Below, piece after piece: positions 55,022-64,000 of a DNA stretch of 64,000 nucleotides. The stretch is from the NCBI GenBank assembly GCA_964016885.1, contig OZ024742.1, positions 69,812,001 through 69,876,000 on the forward strand, given 5' to 3'. The stretch comes from Eledone cirrhosa (Eukaryota). Below the pieces are notes generated by a model. The model was not told where the DNA came from. It saw only the letters and a program-made list of their open reading frames with translations, and ran no database searches. Numbering within the stretch: the first letter of the stretch is position 1; every line of letters begins with the position of its first letter. Position numbers and translations under genes: made by a program.

Positions 55022-55076
55022 ACTGCCTGAAGAGGTCACAGCCAAAGATGGCTGTCACTGAAATATATATAGCAGT
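55022..55076 (+). ncRNA. Minimal type I hammerhead ribozyme in the PLE 3' terminal repeat
   Basis: ACUGC-CUGAAGA-GGU(c)ACAGCCA aaga UGGCUGU(c)ACU-GAAA-U AUAU A-UA^-GCAGU. Confidence 0.85.
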
Positions 55077-55217
55077 AATAAACGAAGCTAAATTTTAATC
55101 ATTTGACTTTTATTTAACTTTATTTTACACTACTCCGGAGTAACCAAACCAACCTGCGCACTTCGTCGAGTGCTCCAGCCTGCATACTGATGTGTTGGTA
55201 TACAACCAACATAAACT

Positions 55218-55253
<36 letters not shown>

Positions 55254-55341
55254 ATAATAATAAATTTGAAGACTAGAATCCAAAGAGGGCTCGATAAGGA
55301 TAAATATATATCAAATATATAAGAACCGTAGAGCAAATATT

Positions 55342-55413
55342 TATTAAAATAACAGATTAAAGTTTAAGCAAAGAAGTTATTCTTTGCTTAAACTTTAATC
55401 TGTTATTTTAATA
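55342..55413. repeat. Perfect palindrome (34-bp arms, GTTA loop)
   Basis: TATTAAAATAACAGATTAAAGTTTAAGCAAAGAA and its reverse complement; the right arm also occurs at ~16914-16945. Confidence 0.9.
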
Positions 55414-55687
55414 TATATTTACCGTTGCGTGTGGGTTGTGATCAAGATTTAAGGCGGCTGTAGTGCGCAGAGTGTAAATAGATTAATTCATATATATAAT
55501 TTTAGTGTATATTCGAAAATGCAAGAAACATTGCAGGTAGAATCACTGTTTTTTTAATTTTATTATTACCCTCGTTGTATACAAGTAGCAAATTGAGCCA
55601 CATTATATTATTCTCTAGGTGCCCTAAAAAATAATATTTGTGTATATCTATACTGAAACCACTTGCCACCGCGGTCGGAGTTTTACA

Positions 55688-55777
<90 letters not shown>

Positions 55778-55818
55778 CGAAACATAAGTCAATTGCATGA
55801 ACTCATAATCCTTTATTT

Positions 55819-55874
55819 ACTGCTATATATATTTCGATGATAGCCATTGAGTGGCTATGACCTCATCAGGCAGT
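55819..55874 (-). ncRNA. Minimal type I hammerhead ribozyme in a ~115-bp insert between (TA)n tracts
   Basis: ACUGC-CUGAUGA-GGU(c)AUAGCCA cucaa UGGCUAU(c)AUC-GAAA-UAUAUA-UA^-GCAGU; shows a compensatory C-G to U-A change in stem II relative to 55022. Confidence 0.85.
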
Positions 55875-55886
55875 TAGTCAGTTCTT

Positions 55887-55992
<106 letters not shown>

Positions 55993-56190
55993 TTATTAAC
56001 CATTCGCTTTCCACTGATTGACCTCGATGTCACGTGATTGATTCTTTTTGAATTTGCCACAGAAGAAGAGGCAGTGACTTTCTCAATGGCTAGGAATCCA
56101 GTCCTCGCTTCGCTATTTCCTTTCCACTGAATTATTTTTTTAATAAGTTTCCAGAGTCCTCGCTATGCCTGGAGACTTACACGGAAAAAG

Positions 56191-56273
56191 ACTTTCCTGA
56201 TGACGGAATGATTTTCTATATGTTTCTTTGGAAAATATATTTACTCCATTCCAGAAACTAATTAGTTGGAAGT
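56191..56273 (+). ncRNA. Hammerhead ribozyme with a long stem II loop
   Basis: ACUUUC-CUGAUGA-cGGAAUG...CAUUCCa-GAAA-CUAAUUAG-UU^-GGAAGU; palindromic stem III; C/A mismatch at the base of stem II. Confidence 0.65.
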
Positions 56274-56453
56274 GATTTTTTAGTAAGTTAATTTTATAAT
56301 TTTCTTATTTTACGTCTCTTTCTTATTTTACGTCTCTCATATTATTGTTCTGCAACCCCATGCATTGAACCACAATGTTAATAAGACAAAACCTATATAT
56401 TTGCTAGCATTGATATGCATCTGTGTGTATATAGATGTTACTAGATATAAATT

Positions 56454-56544
<91 letters not shown>

Positions 56545-56724
56545 GATAATAATATTGAAATTTATTGTATACAGTGCTCAAGTGCATGTATAGTACATAG
56601 AATAATGAACAAATGTCAAGAAAGTGAACAGTGTATGAGTCATGATACACACACGCATACACACACACACACCACCACCACCACCACACATACCACACAC
56701 GCGCATGCGTGTGTATGGAGGGGG

Positions 56725-57785
56725 AATTTCAGGTGTAGGTTTGGCGAATTTCGGGAAGCATGGAAGTTTTGAATGATGCAGTGTCCCGACAGCTAACAAC
56801 TGGTGCAGGTATTTTGTACCATGCATCAGCTACTCTGAGCGTGAAAAAATATTTACGAAGGTCATGGGAGCTGTACTGTTTTCTGGGTGTTAGACATATG
56901 GAATTCAAAAAGATGCTCAGGGTTGTTGTTGAAAAGATGGTCTTTTGGGTGTCTGCCAAGTCAGTTGCCAGATGTTGGAGTTTTCATGTATTCATGCCCT
57001 GGGAAGCAAGGCGTTCAGAGTATGGTAGATGCCTGGTGGAGGGTATTCGTTTGGTTGTAGTCTCTGAACAGTTTCCAAGAAACCAATATTCTGAGCAAGA
57101 GAGGGCTTCCAGACTGGTGCTGCAAATTCTAAGTGCGGCCACACCATACATCTTTATATAAATAGCTAGAGAGCGGCTAACAAAGGTCTACTGAGTGATG
57201 CTAAGACACCCTCGGCCTTCTTGACAATTTTAGAGATGTGCTTTGTCCAACGCAAATCGCTGTTGACAATAATTCCCAGGTCATGTTCACAAGAAAACTT
57301 CTTGAGATTGGTGTTGTGGAGGGAGTATGTGAAAGCTGGGTTTTTCCTCCCAAAATGCATAGTGGTACACTTGTCTACAGCCAGCTTGAGTTACCAGTCC
57401 GTAATCCATTGCTGCGTTGTGTCCAGGTTTGATTGCAGGAAAGATATATAGCATACAGGATCTGTCCTGTTTATCTCAAGATACAGCTTGATGTCATCTA
57501 CATATTTCAGCACTCTGACATTCTTCAAGTTGGCATCTATGTCATTAATATATGCAACAAACAAAAGGGTACCAATAACAGATCCCTGTGGTACACCAGA
57601 TGTCATCTCATAGAAGGACGAATGCTGTCTTAGAACCCTGACTACTTCTTTTTGACTGAGAATGAAGGTCTTCAGCCAGTTATAAAGATCATCTCTTACA
57701 CCCATTGCAGGGAGTTTTCCTATAAGTCTTTTGTGTGAGACAAAATTAAAAGCTTTAACAAAGTCAAGATAAATAACATCCACCC
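56725..57785 (-). mobile_element. CR1-like LINE RT / 3' fragment
   Basis: 'DVIYLDFVKAF', 'SGVPQGSVIG', 'YVDDIKLY', 'RKYFFTLRVADAWYKIP'. Confidence 0.85.
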
Positions 57786-57879
57786 ATGAGCCGCCATCAA
57801 TGATTCGGGTAATGTCTTCAAGAAACTAGATGAGTTGATCACAGCAGCTGGAGTTAGATATGTATAACAGCCTTCTGAA

Positions 57880-59640
57880 GCACTTGTGTTGAATGCCTGG
57901 GTTCTTCTTTCCATGTGAGCTGTAAGTGACCAGCTCTCACATCAGTACAGAATGATCGAAATCGCCAGGGTTTGTACAATTTGAGCCACGTTGGAAAACT
58001 AGTTGTTTATCTACATGATGTTCAACTTTGTCATGGCAGTAGACGCCAAGCCGAGTCTTGTCATTATGTCCCTTTGAGATTTGCTATCCTTGGTCAGAGT
58101 GGATCCTAGGTACTTGAAGCCGCCCATAAATATTTCTCCGTTCAGCATGATGTTTATTGTTATGACCATTCACCAGAATATTGCTCTTTTCTGAGCTGAT
58201 CTCCATTCCGTATATTCCTGGTAGTTTTTCGAACCTGATTTTGACCTCCTGGACGTCTACTTCACTGCTTTCTAACAGGTCAATGTCATCAGCAAAGCAC
58301 AGGTTAGAAATAGGCCTTCCTCCAATGGAAACAGAAGTGTGGAATTCTTGAAGCATTTCTTGCATTATGTTCTCTAGGAAGATGTTGAAATGCATTGTAG
58401 AGAGGAGTCATCCTTGTCAAACTCCAGCTGTTGTCCTGAAGAATTCTCCGATGTTGCTATTCAAGAGAACTGCACTATTTGAATTTTCGTACAGTGCTTA
58501 AATTATATAGATGAGGTTGCTGTCGAAATTGTAAACCTTCATCACCTACCACAAACCATCGTGCCAAACACGGTCAAAGCCTTTGTTGAACTCGATGCAG
58601 TTACGATAGAGTTTAGATTGGTGCTTCAGATGTTTCTTGGTTAGCAGACTGAAGTTAATTATCTGTTCCACTCTTCTCCTTTAGGGATTGAATGCTGCCT
58701 GTTTTCTGCCAGGATCTATTCTACATTTCCCTTAAGTCTGATTAGAAAAACTGTTAGCAGTACATTACTGGGGTGGCTAATTAGGCTAACTTTTCCTGCT
58801 TCTTCTCTCCAGTACTTCTAGAGCTGTTTCAGAAAGTGCTTGTTGTCGGTATTATAGAAAAACGCCCACAACGATTTGAATGGGAAATAATTTTTTCCTC
58901 AGTTTTTTCGAAGAAAAAGTCCTTTGCGATATGTTTGGAGCTAAGATTAGTTGGTAGCATACGAAAATACTGAGGGGGAAAATGGTAAAGAAAACTCAAG
59001 GGTGATGGTGAGGAAAGTCTGAGAGCCCCCTCACTTTATTCATCTCCGTTTTCCAGAGGAAAAAGTCCTTTGCAGCATCTTCGGAGGCCAGAGTTGTTGG
59101 GAGCACAAAAAAAATGATGGAAAAAGGGATCCCAACCCCCATAAAACACGCACACATACACTCTTTCCTCCTTTATCCGAAGAAAAAGTTCTTTGCAGCA
59201 TATTAGGCGGTAAGTTTAATTGATAACACACGAAAATATCGAGGAAAAAAAGTAATTCCTACTGAAATCGGTGAGGGCGTTTTTCTATAAATTTACCATA
59301 TCTTCTTCTACAAGGTTGAAGGCTGCAAACCTGACTCCTACGTTCGCCTCAAACATTGCCGCAACTTTAATGTGTGGATCCTTTTTTATGGGTTTTTTTC
59401 AGCCTTCTCTGGTTTACAGCTGATAATTAAATCCAATTTGGTTTTGTTAACGAAGAAGCCTACTATATGATGGTGCTTAGTATCATCTCCATTGTACCAC
59501 TGTTTCTCGCTTTCATCTGTAGTTGTCTCACCAAATGCAGCCCTACGATATCCCATTCGTCCTTCTACAAGCATGTAGAGTGCGGACCTTTCACATCCCA
59601 AAGACAATATTTTCTTTGGATTGGTTGATGATCGTCAATA
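57880..59640 (-). mobile_element. Degraded RTE-BovB-like LINE interrupted by a MITE
   Basis: 'FNIFLENIMQE...IGGRPISNLCFADDIDL' and 'CESWSLT'; endonuclease relic 'HHHIVGFFVNK' at 59386..59607; same family as 7563-9430. Confidence 0.75.
58852..59290. mobile_element. Unclassified MITE with 16-bp perfect TIRs and three internal subrepeats
   Basis: TTATAGAAAAACGCCC (58852-58867) / GGGCGTTTTTCTATAA (59275-59290); internal GA(A/G)GAAAAAGT(C/T)CTTTGC at ~58910, ~59057 and ~59179. Confidence 0.75.
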
Positions 59641-60466
59641 TGGGGGTCATTATCATTGTTGTTGTCCCAGTTGTTCATTCATTGCCTCATTCAAAGAGAG
59701 CGCGGTCGCTGGTTTTCCGGACCTTAGCCGATACGGCATGTTTTTTTTTATACTGCGTCTATCATGGCATTTCAGTGGACCTTGGAGATTATTGATGGTC
59801 GTCAGCACTTCTCCAAGCATACAATCCCTCGCTAAGTTTAGCTTGTCAAAAGAAGTAGTTACCGGGAAGTGGCCGAAAAAGGTCTCGGAGCCAAATGTGA
59901 AAGTGGGGTGAGAACGAATGTCCTTAAGGATGCAGCTGTCGGACACCTATATATTAATAAATAGTATTAGCTGGATATGCAAGGAATTCCAATCACTAGA
60001 AGAACAGGTTTCAACAAGCTGAAATCACCACACCTCTACTGCTAGTTACTTCACCAACACCTTCAGCCGGTTCATAACGAAAAAAAAAAAAAATCAGACA
60101 TGCGATTTAATTTTAGAAGGGAGATTACTCAGTTCACTGACTTTACCGAGTAATCTCCCTTCCACTAGAACTATTTTTTATAGATATATCATTGAACTTT
60201 CTAAACAACGGGAGCAACTATCGTTGATTTATTCATGACTGAAGATTAATGATGACAGGCCGTACATACTTTTGATTATGGTGAATAAGTGGGTTTGTCA
60301 ACAAAGACTATGAACCAACTATATATATAAATTACCTTTACATTTACATGACTGCTCATTCAACGCGTAAATGTCGAAAGATATATATATATATAGAGAT
60401 ATAAATATAGAGTTATAAATATTTACTAGTTGTAACACAACAATTTAAATATAACTTTCCATATAT

Positions 60467-60512
<46 letters not shown>

Positions 60513-60642
60513 GTATATATATATATATTTTCGGTGTGCCCGGCCGATTAACTCACTCGATATGCAAATTAGGCTGCTCAGCCGTTAATATGCAAAAGGT
60601 AGTATATACTTTCAGACGTTCAATCATCTGGCAGGAAGGTAT

Positions 60643-60685
60643 ACGGTGCTGACGATAGCTAATAAGCTTGAAACTAGTACATTGT
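60643..60685 (+). ncRNA. Minimal hammerhead ribozyme
   Basis: ACGGUG-CUGACGA-uAGCU aaua AGCUu-GAAA-CUAG-UA^-CAUUGU. Confidence 0.72.
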
Positions 60686-60957
60686 TCCTTTGTCAGTGTT
60701 GAACAAAAAGGCAACGATGGTTGCTAAACACTGTACGGCTTAATTCAGGATGTTTGTTTACAAACAAACCGAGCATTATAATAAATGCTCGGTAAATCCA
60801 TACGTACATATATATATATATATGTGCATGTATGTATATATATACATACTACTGTACGTCTGTATACATATATGTATGTACGTATACATACTTATATTTA
60901 TATATATATATACATATATATATGTATATACGTATGTATGTGTGTGTGTATGTATGT

Positions 60958-60958
<1 letters not shown>

Positions 60959-61028
<70 letters not shown>
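60959..61028. repeat. (GATA)n microsatellite at the Tx1 3' junction
   Basis: About 17 uninterrupted units. Confidence 0.95.
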
Positions 61029-63805
61029 TGTTTCTTTTATTTGCCACCAGGGCATCAAAAGTGGGACAAGTACAAAGGGGGGAGTTTACAAAACAAGGCG
61101 TCCTCAATAAGGAGGAGGCAATAACAAAATATAAAAATAAAATAAAATATAACAGAATAAAATTTATAACAAAATCCTCAATAGAGAGGAGGCGCCTTGG
61201 GAGGTCGCACACATCCCCGAAAAAAAGTGTGCAACCCTTTTCCTCAGGAGCACAGAGAAGGGGTGCTCCCTTGGTCTTTCATCTTCCTCATCTATAGTCT
61301 GATGTAGAGTGAAGGCCCATTCACACGGGCCATTCTCGCCACTTTCACCCATCTTTCATAAAAACGGCTGGGGTGCAGCACCTCTCTCTCCATCCTGATC
61401 CTTCTTCCGAAATGATATCGGAAGAAACGGACCAGCTGTTGGCCAGAGAGAAAGGTGTCTGACCTCAGTCCTTTCAGACGCGTCCACCATACAACCTCTT
61501 TCGCCATGGCTATTACGCACAGAAACACCGCCTCTCCTTCGTTTTTGAAGAGGGGAGGCGGCTTGATCGTTACAATAGACTCGGTGGTCAACCGGATCGG
61601 TCCCACCCTTGACAGCAGTTGTTCGACATAGCCCCATAGATCAACAATGCCCGAGCACTGTACCAATGCGTGTGCAACGGTTTCCTCGTCGCACACGCAT
61701 CTGGGATAGATCTTTTTCGAGAGGTCCCTACCCGGGCGCCCGTGTCTGTAGAACCTTTCTCGAACGGGCAGAGCCCTTCTGTAGCACTGCCAGGCCAGGG
61801 ACCTCTGGAAGTTATCCATGGGTCCCGGGTTGAATGTCCTACCGAACAGGTTGGCCAGTTCGTCTTCCTCCATGCCTAGGGCTTCTCCGAGGGCGTCGTC
61901 GCACCTGCTAACCACCAGCCCTCTATAGAATGACGAGGTGGATTCTCCACTGACAGCCGGGTCCGCCTGCTAGAGAGCCGTGAGCGCCTGGGCACACTCG
62001 GTGTGCCAGGCGCCCGGTTTTCTCGGTCTTTGCTTGTCCCAGGATTGCAGCTCGGTGAGTGAGACGAGTCTGGGAAAGGCTCGCCTCACAAACGGGGCCC
62101 ACACCGGTTGACTGGAGAGGAATACCTGGAGGTGCCGTAGCCTTAATGCTTGTTTACGTATCATTAGCCACGGCATACCCAGCCCTCCTTTCGAAGGGCG
62201 TTGACAGCAGATGGATCTCCTCACCATAGGAGCCCGCTTCTTCCAAAGGAATTGGAAGAGTGCGCGCTCCATTTTGGCGAGCGTTTCCCTTGGGCAAGGC
62301 ACAACGGTCAGGCGGTAGTAGATGACGGACGCTATATAAGTGTTCGCCACCTCCGCCCGACCTTTCAGGGACAGTTTGCACTCGGCCCACTTCTGGGTCA
62401 GTGCAAACACCCTGTTCATTACCGGGCCCTCCGTCCAGCGCCCGACGACGCCATCGGAGGGCATCGATCTGCCCCTCCACGTGCCCAGTTGCAGACCGAT
62501 CGACTTGTCCCGGTTCAGCTTAGCCCCTGTAAACCTTTCGTACTCCTCCAGTAAGGTGCCGATCGCCCCGATTTCCGAGGCCGTCGACACCATTACTGTT
62601 ACGTCGTCGGCGTAGGCCGACACCGCTTTCCACAATCCCGGTTCCAACGGTATGCCCTACAACAACTCCAACTTCCGCAGCAGTGGCTCTAGAGTCATTA
62701 CATACAGAAGGGAGGAGAGAGGGCACCCCTCTCGGATGGACTGCGCGATTTCGAACGGCTCCGAGAGGAAGCCGTTCACCTTGACCCTAGAGCAGATGCG
62801 GCTGCTGTGCATGGCATTGATCCAGCCCCTGAAAATGGGTCCGAAGCCTGCCGCCGCTAGCACCGCATCCAGGTAACCATGGTCGACCCTATCGAATGCC
62901 TTAGATTGATCCAAGTTGATCAGGGTCCCATCAAAGCCGGGTTCGTTCCCAACCCTCTCTATGATGTATCGCATGAGGTGGAGGTTGTCGTGGATGGACC
63001 TGGACGGGATAGCACATGTCTGCGCATCTCCCACCAGGTTTCCCACGACAAGCGCCAACCTCTTTGCTAGCACCTTGGCCAAAATCTGTAACTCTGTATT
63101 TTGCAGAGTTATGGGCCTGAAATTATTTATATCGTCCCCCTTGTTCTCGTCCTTCCTCACTAGCGTGACTACGCCCTTGGTCACAGCACAGGGAATTCTC
63201 CCGTTCTGTTGCCAGTTGCAGTAGACCGCCTCGAGGAGATCGGGGAACAAGTCTGGCATAGCTAGATATAGTTCATAAGGAAGACCATCGAGATCCGGGG
63301 ATTTGCGTTTGCCGCATTGGCTCAGCACGTCCTCTATCTCAGCGGCTGAAATCGGCTCCTCGCAGGACTTCGCCTCCCTGTCCGAGAGACGCGGCAGGCC
63401 GTCGAGGTATGGACCGAAGTTCACATCCCCAACCGGCTCCCCGCCCCTTCCGAACAATCCGGCAAAGTGCTTTTGAAAAGCCTCGCACATCTGCTTAGGT
63501 TCAAGGATCACCCGTCCATCCTGGTCTCGCAAAGACCGGATAGTGGATCTGCTCCCTCTTTTGGCTTCTGTCACGCGGGCCCAGCTAACAGCTTTGGTCC
63601 CCTCGTTTCCCAGAGCACGTATTTTGCTTCGGACGATGCAGCCTTCGTGTTTCGCGTCGAAGAACTGGCCCAGGGCCGTTCTCGACGCGACCACGTCGCC
63701 GCTTCTAATTGCCTCTTCTACACTATCTACCAACTCCCTTTCCTTCCTATTTCTATTTGAGGCTAACTCCTTACTAAATTCTATAGAGACTACTCTAATA
63801 TTCCA
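61028..63805 (-). mobile_element. Tx1/L1-clade LINE ORF2, 5'-truncated
   Basis: 'KSPDLDGLPYELY', 'NFRPITLQNTE..ILAKVLA', 'LDQSKAFDRVDH', 'REGCPLS', 'AYADDVT', 'KGGLG' and a C-terminal CCHC relic 'PRCVCDEETVAHALVQC'; AATAAA then a (TATC)n tail. Confidence 0.9.
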
Positions 63806-64000
63806 AAACAGATAAACCAGCTCATAAAGAGGAAGTTTATAATTTCAAGAGTTCTGTTATTCCATATTTCTATACGTAGTAGGTTTAAAAATAAACCTGC
63901 AAATTCAGTTATAAATAGTACGAGAACTAACATACTCAGGATTGCTATGAAAACTGCAAACGCTATCGATAATTTAACGGCCCGTTTTAATTTCCTGAAA

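Larger units (their letters stand above)
50025..55222 (+). mobile_element. Naiad-like PLE, 5'-truncated, preceded by a 1.78-kb inverted copy of its own 3' end
   Basis: RT relic from ~51809 ('FIQLDIASYYSSI', 'FDITMGSSDSA', 'GLYRDDAL', 'NFLDTTLNL'), then 'ITWYNPPYS', CxCx5C 'CNCRNPESC' and 'YIGATSTSFKDRWYNH'. Segment 50025-51808 is a near-perfect reverse complement of 53341-55127. (TA)n on both flanks. Confidence 0.9.

Noticed and set aside
60116-60162. 15-bp perfect hairpin GAAGGGAGATTACTC / GAGTAATCTCCCTTC (and an ~80-bp imperfect one at 13941-14022)
   Set aside because: Too short to assign; probably internal MITE palindromes, with no support as miRNA or terminator.

Overview
Eukaryotic, AT-rich, microsatellite-dense genomic DNA. 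The MetaSINE family and the (TA)n/(CA)n load suggest a mollusc, probably an octopod cephalopod (inference). Only one host coding exon is supported: a 349-aa gustatory-receptor-like (GRL/7TM ion-channel family) exon on the minus strand (12150-13238), whose last exon(s) I could not find. The rest is layered mobile DNA: about 12 MetaSINE copies; RTE, Jockey/I, CR1-group, CRE, R4/Dong and Tx1 LINE relics; hAT and other MITEs; a non-autonomous Helitron; and a possible Gypsy LTR. The most striking component is a dense population of Penelope-like elements (PLEs). These include a near-intact Neptune-type element (19177-24338), a Naiad-type element with 1.78-kb inverted arms (50025-55222), GIY-YIG-only fragments, and non-coding fold-back 'mini' elements, almost all sitting in or beside (TA)n tracts. 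They carry about 14 minimal type I hammerhead ribozyme (HHR) motifs, identified by eye with stems checked base by base, and share a conserved 3' tail motif. The Neptune element has an in-frame U_UUU_UUA slippery site where its two ORFs overlap in the -1 frame. All family assignments come from motif recognition; no database search was run.
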